From Lama guanicoe (lineage: Eukaryota), in NCBI GenBank assembly GCA_013239625.1, contig MU056898.1, forward strand, positions 711,717 to 775,716: a stretch of DNA of 64,000 bases, read 5' to 3'. Position 1 is the stretch's first letter. Every line of letters begins with the position of its first letter. This document shows positions 37,801 through 48,120 of the stretch, piece by piece. A program made the translations under genes and the position numbers. The notes below the pieces were generated by a model. That model ran no database searches and was not told where the DNA came from. It was given only the letters and a program-made list of their open reading frames with translations.

Positions 37801-40800
37801 CCTCACGTCCAGCCACAGGGTCTGCCTGACGGTGGGGCTCCCCACGGTGCGGCCCTGCTCCGACACTCCTCCCCTGCCCTGTGGCCAGCGTCTGGGCACG
37901 CCTGCCCCAGCAGTTCCTGGTTCCTGCCGTGCCCCCTCCCCCACAGAGGCTCCTGAAGACCTGCCCAGGTCACAGAGTGCATGGGGCCTCCCGGAGGTCA
38001 GGCTGGGGGCCTCCTTTCTCCACCCCGTCTCTTTGGCTAGAGGTAGTATGAGCTTGAACCCCAGTTCTGTGGCTCCCTGAGCTGCCTGCCGTGGTTGTTG
38101 GCACTGAGCCTCTGACTTCTTGTCTGCGAGAAAGAGAACGACAGCTCATCTGTAGGACAGTTCTGAGGGGACATCACCACTCGTTGCTGAACAAGCCAGC
38201 AGCCACGTCCTGGCTCCTCCCTGGGCCAGGCCCACACTCAAGGGCTCCCACAGAGTGTGCATGCCGCTGTTGGAGGTGATGGCCCCAGGGAGGAAAGTGC
38301 AGCAGGTGGAGGGCAGGGTGTACAGGTGGGCAGGGGGTTGGCAGCACGCACACTCGGAGAGACCTGGCCAGGAGGGGCTGCTGGAGCCGACACCCACGGG
38401 AGCCAGGGACCCCTGAACACCTGGGAGAGGGCAGCTGACCGCCAGTGCACGGGCCTGTGGTGGGTGTGCAAGGAGCAGCAGAGGGGCCTGAGTGGCTGGA
38501 GTGGGTGGGGGACAGGCAAGCTGAGGCCTCAGGGGAGGAGGGGGCCAGTGCCACAGGGGAGAACTCTGCCTGGAGGTCTGAGGCGGTGCCGGGTGGGGTG
38601 TGAGCACAGGAAGGCTTGGTCCGCGCCAGGCTGACGGGCCCCACGGGCCACGCTGTGGGCTGCAGGCCTTGGGCCAGGGTGAGAGCTGGGACCCCAGTCT
38701 GCTGAGGAGAGCGGCCTGGGGGTACGGGAGTGGGGCTCAGAAGTCCCCTGGCCTTCCAGCCGAGCCAAGCCCTGCCTCTCCCGTCCCCACTCGGACTTCT
38801 CTCAGCCCCACTCTAGCCGCTCCAGTTCAGAGGGAATCCATATGTGCCCGGCCTTCAGGCAGCTCTAGTGAAGGCCGGGCCATGGCGGGAGCCACAGCCC
38901 CTGTGTGGCGGACCCCTAGATGTGCCCTGGGACCTGGGCCTCTGGCGTGCAGCCTGGCAGGGGGCACAGCCCTCACCCCCACCAGAAGAGTGCTGATTGG
39001 CTCTCTTTGCCCCAAGGGTCTGCCTGCTGGGTGTCCTGGCCCTGGTCATCAGCTGGGGCACACTGGGCTTGGAGCTGGCTGTGTCTGTGGTAAGTGCTGG
39101 CGAGGACTGGGGGGAGTGGTCCCCATCTGCTAGGCCAAGGCATGGGGAACGGGGGTGAGGAGGCACCACACTCATCTCCACTCCCATGATGACACCGAGA
39201 GAGCTGGGGACCTGTTCTGGGGACACAGCAATAATGCCCCCACAGGTTCACACTCCATTTTCCTGAGACAAAAGCAGGCCATGAGGGCCCAGGCTCTAGC
39301 CCTGAGAGCTGAGGGGTCGGCAGGGGGCCCAGCATGGTCATCTCATCCGCCTTGCCCACACCCCCCAGGGCTCCAGTGACTTCTGTGTGGACCCCGACAC
39401 CTATGTGACCAGGATGGTGGAGGAGCACTCGGTGCTGAGCGGGGGTGAGTCTGCGGTTGGGTACCCGTGGGTGCCCTGGGGCCGGACTTGGGAGACCTCA
39501 GTGAGCAAGCCTGCCCCCGTGAGTCCTCCTTGGGGGAGGCAGGAGCAGACCAGGAAGCTGGTGAGGAGGCAGGAGCACCTGTGAGACTCTGGGGAGGAGG
39601 AGGACAGGAGGTGAGGCTCATGGGGGTGAGGGTGGGGGCAGGGAAGAGGGACCAGCAGTGGGGGTGGGTAGCAGGTGACAAGGGCTGCTTCAGAACTAGT
39701 GGTCAGGGTGGCCTGCCCAAGAAGTGGCATGAAAATTGAGCCAGGGAAGGCTGTGCAAAGGTCCTGAGACAGAGACAAACTTGATGTGCTCGTGAGGCAG
39801 AAAATAGACCAGTTGGGAGGGGAGACAGTGGGGAGGCCCGCAGGGCCAGGTGGCAGTCAAGAATTTGGGCTTTATTCTAGGGGGGCTGTTGGAGGGTGGA
39901 AAACAGGAGGTAGATGTGATCCATGGTTAAACTTCCTTTCCAAAGCCTCAGGCGCTGGAGCAGCAGTGGGGTGAGGGAGGGAGGCAGGGAGGCTGTTGCA
40001 TTCCTGCAGGCAGGAGACAGCTGGGTGAGGATACCAGGATGTGCTGTGAGGGCAGAGCTGATGGAACTTCCTAGGAAGGTGGCCGTGGAGGAGGGACGAG
40101 TTGAGGGCTCCGTCCTCGGGTCGGAGCAGCTGCCATCACAGGGGCCCTGGACTGAGCTGGTGGCCGAGCAGGGCTGGGGCTGGGGACCGGGTGTGAGACA
40201 CCCGGGAGGCAGGCACACGGGGAGGGGACTCTGGGGCTCAGGCTGCGTGCTCCCCAGGTGGAAAGCAGGGGTGCGCTCCCTGAGGGGTGGGCGTGCGGAG
40301 TGGCCTTGAAATGCTGGCCCTTATGGGACTGTGCTCCTCTCCTTGCCCAAGAAAGCCACACAAGTGGCGTGTGGGCTGGTTTTAGTTCATTTTGTTGAAG
40401 GAACCATTGGCGCATAAGCCCGAGGAGCCTGCAGGAGGGAGGGCTGTCTGCCTGCTGTGGGGGGACGGTGGGCCTATTCGGCTGGGGCTGGCAGGGCTAG
40501 TGACACCTGTCCCCACCACTGTCCTTGGCCCTGGTGCCAGCAGCCGGGCCTCTCTAGGTCCTATTGCTCGGGGCCTCAGCAAGCATGAGCAGTTCCAGCC
40601 ATACGAGAGTGCTTGCTGCTGCCTGCAGGCCACGGCCATCTGGGTCAGGCAGTGTGCTGGCTCCACTTACAGGTGGCTGAAGTCAAATGCCGTGCTTTCT
40701 CACGTTTTCCGACTTAAGCCTGATGGGAGCCCAGGCCTCAGGAGCTGAGCCTCAGGGCTGAGTCTGGGTGCCGAAGGGACCAGAGGGCACAGGGTGGGTG

Positions 40801-43800
40801 GCGGTAGGGGTAGTCAGGGTCCAAGGCTTGTTCCTCAACTCTGTCTGGGCTTGGGTCTCCTGGGTTTTCAAAGTCAGAATTGTGTGTGAGTCCCCCCACC
40901 TTTGAGCATTAGACACAGAATCAACACCTGCTTTTTAGGGGGGAGCAGGCCACCTGCTCCCTCTGAGCCCCACCCCCCTCTTTGGGGTGACGCTCTGGTC
41001 AAAGAACTCTTCTGCCCAGCTGGCCCATGAGGGGACGCCTGCCCGGCCGATGTCGGACCCCTTTCCCACTCTCAGTGCTCTGTCTGCTGCTCCAGAGGGG
41101 AAGGAGGTGGGAGGCTGCCCCCAGGAGAGAGCTGTGCCCGTTTAAGGCACAGAGCAAAAGACTCAGAGCAAAGGGTCTGGGCCCTGGGCTCCCTGGAGGC
41201 CACGCCCCCTCACAGGTGCACATGCACACGCCACTGTGTGCAGACACATATGTGCGCACACACACGTGCACACGTGAAACGCATATACAAGCCAGCAGGC
41301 ATACATGCGACATACGTGATGGGGACACATGGACACAGACGTGTGGGTGCACACAGCACACACGGCCAGCGTGTGTCGCTCAGCCGCCCTGCCTTCTCTC
41401 TGCAGAAGTCCTGCAGTACTACCTGGCCTGCTCGCCGCGTGCCGCCAACCCCTTCCAGCAGGTGAGCGCGGCTGCTGCTGGCTCTGCAGAGCCTCTGGTC
41501 CCTGGCCGCCCCCCACCGACACCTGCAGGCTGCCAGGCCCCTCCTCACACCTTGTCATACCCCTGGGGCTCCCGTCCTGATACCCTCAACAGAAGCGTTC
41601 TGGGTGGATGCTTAATGGCCCCACATCCCTGGGACTTCTTTCTTGAGCTGTCCTTGGCCATGCCTGCAGGGCCAAGTCAGCTGTCTGGCGGGCGTGGGAG
41701 GAGCCCAGGGATGCCCCACAGTGGGGGCGTCCTGTGCCTGCTGTGTGGAATGATTGGACGGGTGTTGTCAGGTGGAATTTGAAGGGAAACCTGTCACTCC
41801 ACGTGACTGTCGCCCTCTGGGGTCCTGAGGACTGTTTATCTGCTTTAGAGATGCTGTACTTCCGGTGATCTGTGTTGTCTCTGGGGTGCATGGGCAGCCG
41901 GGGGCGGTGGGCCGGGGAGGGGTGTCCCACAGGCCTGCAGAACAGAGTGCCAGGCCCCACCTCTGGGGCTGGCAGGAGCCTGGGGCACCGGGACTCGCCT
42001 GCCTTGTGTGTGGGTGGAGGCCTCAGGGAGCGGGGGAGAGGCTGCCCCAGCCCCTGCTGGCATCAGCTGGCCTCTCTGTGGAGCAGAAGCTGTCAGGCAG
42101 CCACAAGGCACTGGTGGAGATGCAGGACGTTGTGGCCGAGCTCCTGAAGACCGTCCCGCGGGAGCTCCCGGCCACCAAGGTGAGGGGCTGAGGGGGCGGC
42201 GGTGGGGCCCCCTTTGCTCATCGTGAAAGGGAGGCGTGGTGCAGACGCTGCTCCTGGGGAGCCCTGCTGGGGGTCTGGCCCTTTTCATCCCTCCCTCCTT
42301 CCCGTCATATCCCAAGGATTTGGGGTGGGTTTTACGCCACATGCACACACACACACACACATTCCAGGACCAGGTTCACTCCACACAGAGTATTTTGCAT
42401 GATGTTTTGTCATTTAAAATAGCATGAAAATCTCCTTTGTCTTAAATTGCTCCTTAAAACGTGGTATTTAAAAGAAGCAGGTCCATGTCGGGGGGAGACA
42501 GGGGTGTTGGTGGTTTTCCCGTCGTAACAAAGGACCCTTATGTTGGCTGCATCGCTTGGGCGCTATGGGCCCGCCCTCCTTGCTGTCCTCACATCCTGGC
42601 AGCCTCCTGAGACCAGGCCACAGACTCAGGGCCCGTCCTTCCTCAAAGCCCAGGGTCCTCTGGCTCTGTGCCGAGACCACTGGGGGTCGAAGGGGTCTCG
42701 ATGGCAGGGAGTGGGGCAGAGGAGGCCTGTGGCTGGCTGGGGCCCCCTCCCGAGTGTGGTGCATGCCCCCAGGACCCCCTGCTCCGTGTCCAGGAGGTGC
42801 TGAACGGCACGGAGGTGAACCTGCAGCACCTCACTGCCCTGGTGGACTGCCGGAGCCTGCACCTGGTGAGACCGGGCCGTGGGGCGGGCTGTGCAGTGAG
42901 GGGCGGGGCGGGGTGCTCCAGGCTGCCGTGGGCACCTGCTGCATCTTGCCCTGCGCTTCCCCTCTCTCCTGCCGTCTCTCCGGCTCTAGGACTACGTGCA
43001 GGCCCTCACAGGCTTCTGCTATGACGGTGTCGAGGGCCTCATCTACCTGGCCCTCTTTTCCTTCGTCACAGCCCTCATGTTCAGCTCCATCGTCTGCAGC
43101 GTCCCGCACACCTGGCAGCAGAAGAGGTGAGGGGCTCTGGCAGGTCCTGGGACCTGCCCCAAGTCACATGGGGCTGTGCCTTCTGGACACCTCATGTCCT
43201 AGTCCAGGGACAGGGACAGAGGCTTCCTCACCTCCTGACATCCATAGTCTCCGCGGCATCTCTGAGGGTGGTGTGCCCCAGACGAGCAGCCGTTCCTGGC
43301 ATGCCCCGGGAAAGCAGCCTAGAGGAGGAGCTCCCAGCACAGGCGGACTGCCTCTGGGTACTGACTTTGTGCCCCACACCCTTCCACGCTTCTGCCTGGC
43401 TGAGCTCAGAGTGTCTTTTCTGAGCCCCTACCCCTCGTGCAGTGTGCAGGGATGCTGGGAGAAAGACCAGCCGACCGGGGGGCTCTGAGCTTCGGCAGGA
43501 GCGCCCCACATGGCCCTGGCCTCCAAGGTTTACTCAGCTGGGTAACCGGGACGGCAGCTGCCTCCCACGGGCCACAGTGTCTTTATCTTTGAAGTAGGGG
43601 TGCTGGTGAGCCCTGCCTCAGTCTCGCAGTCAGTACTGGATTGAGTGATGTATGGGGATACCAGGCCCGCCATGCTTGGGCCACATGGGGCAGTCCCCAG
43701 ACCCACCACCATCCCTCCCATTTGGGCTGTGGCTGCTTCTTGGTGGCCCAGCTTGGATGACAAGTAGCCCAGCTCAGATCTCTTCTCTTTGTCTGGATTT

Positions 43801-46800
43801 CTGCTGTTATTTTCTCTGGTGATGGTGGTGATGGTGGTGATGATAATGGTGGATGGTCATGATGATGGTGGTGATTGTGGTCATGATGGTCATGATGGTG
43901 GTGGTAGTCATGATGGTGGTGGTGGTCACAATGGTGGNNNNNNNNNNNNNNNNNNNNNNNNNNNNNNNNNNNNNNNNNNNNNNNNNNNNNNNNNNNNNNN
44001 NNNNNNNNNNNNNNNNNNNNNNNNNNNNNNNNNNNNNNNNNNNNNNNNNNNNNNNNNNNNNNNNNNNNNNNNNNNNNNNNNNNNNNNNNNNNNNNNNNNN
44101 NNNNNNNNNNNNNNNNNATCACGGTGGTGGTCACAGTGGTGGTGGTGGTCACGATGGTGGTGGTCACAGTGGTGATGGTGGTCACAATGGTGGTGGTGGT
44201 CGTGGTGGTGGTGGTCATGGTGGTGGTGGTGGTCACGATGGTGGTGGTGGTCACGATGGTGATGGTGGTGGTGGTGGTAGTAATGAAGATGGTATCTATA
44301 AGGGGAGTGGCTAAGAGCAAGCCCTGCAACCACGTGGCCTGGATTCTGATTCCACCTCTGCCTTTGCTCATTGGGTGACCTTGGGCAAGTGACTTAACCA
44401 CTCTGGGCCTCAGTTTTTTCCTGCTTGTAGGATGGGGATTGAGAGAGCACGTCCTCCTAGGACCCCGTGAACGCTAGGGTAACCACGGCATGCAGCGGCT
44501 CAGTCCTGGGCGTGGCTGGTACTGGCTGCTTCTGCCCCCCTTTTCTCACTACGGGACCCAGCTGGTGGGGGGAGGTGGGATGTGAGCCCAGGCCTGTGCC
44601 CCCACCACCAGGCAGCCCAGGCAGAGTGTGACGAGCCCCAGAGGCCTGGCCCCTGGCTCCCTGGCCTCGTGCTGCAGCAGCCTGGGCTGAGTGGAGGGCA
44701 GAGGGCCAGAGGCAAGCAGTGGGGAGGGCTGGGCTCAGGCTCTCAGGGGCAGGCCAGACTGCGGAGCCAAAAGAGGGCCTCCTGCTTCCGGCACCTGGCT
44801 TCCCCAGGAGGGGCCCTGACCCCTCCTCTTAATAGGCAGGCAGCGTGCCTGTGTGTAGACTGAGGTACATGTTTCTTGCCCTCCCCGGGTGACTCGCCCG
44901 CCATCCCACAGCGAGAAGGTTTGGGACCAGGTGTGTCTGCCCCAGGGCTGACCCTCTGCAGGCCTTGTGGCTGGCTGCCTCACGTCAGGGCCGGAACCTC
45001 TGGCTGTTCCCTCCCTGCAGAGGCCCGGACGAGGATGGGGAGGAGGAGGCCGGCCCAGGGCCACGGCAGGCGCACGACAGCCTCTACCGCGTGCACATGC
45101 CCAGCCTGTACAGCTGCGGGAGCAGCTACGGCAGCGAGGCCAGCATCCCGGCTGCCGCGCACACTGTCAGCAACGCCCCGGTCACCGAGTACATGTGAGC
45201 CCCGGGCCGGGCGGGGCGCGGGCCTCCCTTGGGGGGGGGCTGCCCCAGCTGTGGGGGTGCTGGGCTGGCCTTGAGTGCCTGCTGCCCCTACACGCCAAGG
45301 AGACCCCTGCGTCAGACGGAGGGTATATGTCTGGGGTCGCCGAGGGCTGGACCGACCACGTAATGGAGCCGAGGCCCTGGCAGGGCTGAGGCGGGCAGGT
45401 GGCGGCTGTGGGCTAGCTCTGAGCCCTTTATGGCCGTGCCAGGTTCCTGGGACCCCCAGGCCCTTGCTAGCGGCCGGTATGCAGGGTGGTGGAGAGAACA
45501 CGTGGGTCTGCCTGGCTCCAGATCGGCCCCTGGCCCAGGGCTGGGACTGCCGTGGCCACTGGTCACTCACAGCCCCTCTCTCCTCACGTCTCAGGAGCCA
45601 GAATGCCAATTTCCAGAACCCCCGCTGTGAGAACACCCCCCTCATCGGGCGTGAGTCCCCGCCGCCTTCGGTAAGTCTCAGGGCAGGAGGTGGGTGGGGG
45701 ACCCGAGGCCTGGGGTGGGGGGCACCTGTTCCCTCATGGTCTGATGTGGCCCTCGTTGACAGTGCAGCCATGGGGGCTGCCCTGAGCCTTCAGCGCCAGG
45801 GCCAGCTGGGGCTCCCTGGGGGGGCTCCCAGGCGGGTATCCGGCCTGTTGAGACTGGGCTGGGTGAGCTCTCATGCTCCTCGAGGGCCCCGGCATCTCTT
45901 CCCACCCTAGCCCTGCTTCCTCTTCTCCCTACTCCACTTTCTGAACTCAGCCCTGGTCTTGGCTCCTGGCTCCTCCGGCAGGACCTAGTGTCCCCTCTTG
46001 TCTTTGGAGTGAGACATGGAAGAGGGGACAGGGTGATTTAGTACCAAATAAAGGAGCTCGTAGAGAGGCCAGGGGCCCTGGCGGGCTTCCTAGAGGCGGT
46101 GGGCCTCAAAGAGCACGGCTAGAGAGGCCGAAGGCCACCTTGCTTCAGAAATAACGGCCCGCGCGTGCAGTGGTCCCGTCGTGCCCTGTGGCACAGAGCT
46201 GGCCTGGGTGTGTGCCCCCAGGCCATGTGGGCCCCAGGCCTCAGGCTGCCCTCCTACCTGTCAGCCTTGGTCTGACCCTGGCGTTGAGGCCGCCCTCTCT
46301 CTCTCTCTCTCCCTGCACTCCTCCCACCCTGGGCCCTCCTAGCGCTATCTGGCTGCCCTGGACTCTGGCAGCCACACGGGCTGGCAGTTTAAGCCCATGG
46401 ACAGTGCCTGAACGTTGTGGTGGCCGTGTCCTCAGAGTGACAGGTACTGACCCGCCTGGGTCCCCTGCCCTGCACCGCCTGCCCGCCCGCCTCTCCTTCG
46501 CTCACTGCTACCCCTTTGGGCCCATCTGCCAGGTCCTGGGGCTGCCTCAGCTCGGCGCCCGTGGGGCCAGCCTGCAGCCGGTGCAGGCGCAGGGACTTTG
46601 TGGCCCCCAGCCCAGACACGGAGACCCTGGCCCTGGGCCCATCATCCTCATGTCAGAGGCCACGAGCCCCTCCACAGAGCCCCCTCCTCACCCCAGGGCC
46701 AGCTGCAGGTGGCCCCTGCCCCTCATGTCACCTCCCAGCAAGGAGACCGCCCACCCAGACCCCTGTGCGCTGGCACACCTGCACCGGCGCCTGAGCTCAG

Positions 46801-48120
46801 GGAGGCAGAGCGCGGGTGAGCGAAGGCGCTGGGCTGCGGCCAGCAGGCCAGGCCCTCGAGGTGCCGCCCCGTGTGTCTGAAAGTGCACACAGGTGTGTGC
46901 AGATGGACGTGCAAGCTGCTGCAGCTGCCCCCACACAGCGCTGTGCACCTGCTTGGGCTCCTTCAGGGGTCTGGGCTGCTGCCCACCGCCCCCCTCCACC
47001 GCATGTCCCTGGAATGACACGGCTCCCAGTGCCCGCTGTTACCCCCTCCAGCTTGCCTTTGTGGCCTCTGATGGGTGCTTGCAAACTTCTCCCCCACCAG
47101 GAGTTCTGGGAGAGCTCTCAAGGACTGGGAGATTGCCCCTCCTGGCCTGGGCACTGTGGTGTGGGGACTTGGTTGCTGGAGCCCCCAGGGATTGGTAGGG
47201 GCGTGTGGCTGTGGAGTCAGCCTGCCAGGCTCCTTCCCACTGGCAACCCTTGGCACATGCCTTGGCTTTCATCCCCTAGATGGGTGTATGGCCCACTTCA
47301 CACTGCCCGGCCTTAACACATGTCTCCACGGGTGTTACATGAGCACACGGGCACACCGCAGGGCCTCTGTGCTTCAGGTGGGGTGAGCGTGGCCCTCCCC
47401 AGCTGCCCGTTCCTGCACCTGTGACCCGTAAGGAGCCCACAGTGTGGTTCCCACCCAGTGGGTGGCAGCAGCACCCCAGCCTGGTGCTGGGTGGCTTTGG
47501 GGCCCCCTTTCCCCGAGGTGATGGGGCAGAGTGGCCCCGGAGCCTCCTCACTCCTGTGGCCCACGGCTCTGGTCTGACCCTTTCTCAGATACAGCCTGGC
47601 CCCACCTTTGCCTGACACTGTCCTCCTGGGTGCCCAGCCAGGGCCCCACAGAGAGAGGCTGAGCATGGCTTTCAGGTCCTAGGTGTGAGGGGTGCAGGTG
47701 GGGGGCCTCCAGGCCCCAGGTCTTGCAGGGAGCAGAGCTCTGCCTGGCCTGAGACAGGAGATTGGGGGCTGATGTGTTTATCTTCCTGGGAGAGGAGGCT
47801 GGTCCCCAGTGTCCCCATCCTGAGCCTCGGAAGTAGGGGCCAGACCTCTGCTCCCTTGGGCTGTCACTGAGGCAGGGCTCAGGAGTCCAGGCCCTGGACC
47901 AGCCAGCGCTTCCCAGAGCCCCTCCTCCCAGGGTCTGTCAGCTGTACCTATCCCGCCCCAGGGGTGCTCCTGGCTCACCCCCCGAGGCCCATGTCCAGCC
48001 ATGCCCAGCGCCCCACTGACCGCCTGCCCCTCTGTCTCCTTCCAGTACACCTCCAGCATGAGAGCCAAGTACCTCGCCACAAGCCAGCCTCGCCCGGACC
48101 CCAGCAGCAGCGGGCACTAG
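22501..48120 (+). CDS. TTYH3: Protein tweety homolog 3, complete, 14 coding exons, 1575 nt / 524 aa
   Basis: Exon lengths 123,170,112,221,96,73,76,56,93,93,137,174,76,75 join in one frame with GT-AG introns. Translation runs MAGVSYAAPWWVSLLHRLPH... to ...RESPPPSYTSSMRAKYLATSQPRPDPSSSGH*. Confidence 0.98.
26150..26700 (-). mobile_element. L2 fragment
   Basis: ttctaggcagtggcaactgcacatgcaaaggccctgaggcagaga motif; boundaries approximate. Confidence 0.5.
32890..33070 (-). mobile_element. MIR SINE
   Basis: ttttatatgtggggaaactgaggcacagaggctaaag core. Confidence 0.7.
36282..36300 (+). promoter_or_regulatory. CTCF motif candidate (TGCCCACTAGGTGGCGTTT)
   Basis: Matches the CCACYAGRKGGCR core. Confidence 0.5.
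36515..36684 (+). CDS. TTYH3: TTYH3 exon 2
   Basis: ALLLLGAAALACLALDLLFLLFYSFWLCC...IIATLVC; cag/gtgagc. Confidence 0.97.
36825..36936 (+). CDS. TTYH3: TTYH3 exon 3
   Basis: AGIAVGFYGNGETSDG...GVQDR; cag/gtgagt. Confidence 0.97.
37069..37289 (+). CDS. TTYH3: TTYH3 exon 4
   Basis: VWDTAAALNRT...DLYDWYR; cag/gtgcgg. Confidence 0.97.
37618..37713 (+). CDS. TTYH3: TTYH3 exon 5
   Basis: WLGYLGFLLLDV...SKGILVG; cag/gtgagt. Confidence 0.97.
39017..39089 (+). CDS. TTYH3: TTYH3 exon 6
   Basis: VCLLGVLALVISWGTLGLELAVSV; aag/gtaagt. Confidence 0.96.
39369..39444 (+). CDS. TTYH3: TTYH3 exon 7
   Basis: GSSDFCVDPDTYVTRMVEEHSVLSG; cag/gtgagt. Confidence 0.96.
39690..40150 (-). mobile_element. L2 fragment
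   Basis: gtgcaaaggtcctgagacagaga...gaatttgggctttattctag motifs. Confidence 0.55.
41406..41461 (+). CDS. TTYH3: TTYH3 exon 8
   Basis: EVLQYYLACSPRAANPFQQ; cag/gtgagc. Confidence 0.96.
42087..42179 (+). CDS. TTYH3: TTYH3 exon 9
   Basis: KLSGSHKALVEMQDVV...PATK; cag/gtgagg. Confidence 0.96.
42773..42865 (+). CDS. TTYH3: TTYH3 exon 10
   Basis: DPLLRVQEVLNGTEVNLQHLTALVDCRSLHL; cag/gtgaga. Confidence 0.96.
42990..43126 (+). CDS. TTYH3: TTYH3 exon 11
   Basis: DYVQALTGFCYDGVEGLIYL...HTWQQK; tag/gtgagg. Confidence 0.96.
43815..44290 (+). repeat. Degenerate (GGT/GAT)n triplet repeat with ggtcac variants, broken by a gap
   Basis: Directly visible on both sides of the N run. Confidence 0.95.
43938..44117. 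other. Assembly gap (180 N)
   Basis: N run. Confidence 1.
44305..44480 (+). mobile_element. MIR SINE
   Basis: gtgaccttgggcaagtgacttaaccactctgggcctcagttt core. Confidence 0.8.
45021..45194 (+). CDS. TTYH3: TTYH3 exon 12
   Basis: GPDEDGEEE...HMPSLYSCGSSYGS...VTEYM; cag/gtgagc. Confidence 0.96.
45595..45670 (+). CDS. TTYH3: TTYH3 exon 13
   Basis: SQNANFQNPRCENTPLIGRESPPPS; cag/gtaagt. Confidence 0.96.
46343..46411 (+). CDS. TTYH3: Candidate alternative TTYH3 exon 13b (RYLAALDSGSHTGWQFKPMDSA*); donor after 46443
   Basis: Long CT-rich tract then tag acceptor, phase-0 open frame to TGA, CAG|gtactg donor; no transcript evidence available. Confidence 0.5.
   Translation, partial: RYLAALDSGSHTGWQFKPMDSA
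48046..48120 (+). CDS. TTYH3: TTYH3 exon 14, coding part
   Basis: tctccttccag acceptor; YTSSMRAKYLATSQPRPDPSSSGH, TAG at 48118-48120. Confidence 0.96.
   Translation, partial: YTSSMRAKYLATSQPRPDPSSSGH

Noticed and set aside
43583-44401. Poly-Thr, poly-His, poly-Val or poly-Gly proteins
   Set aside because: Translations of a simple triplet repeat spanning an N gap.
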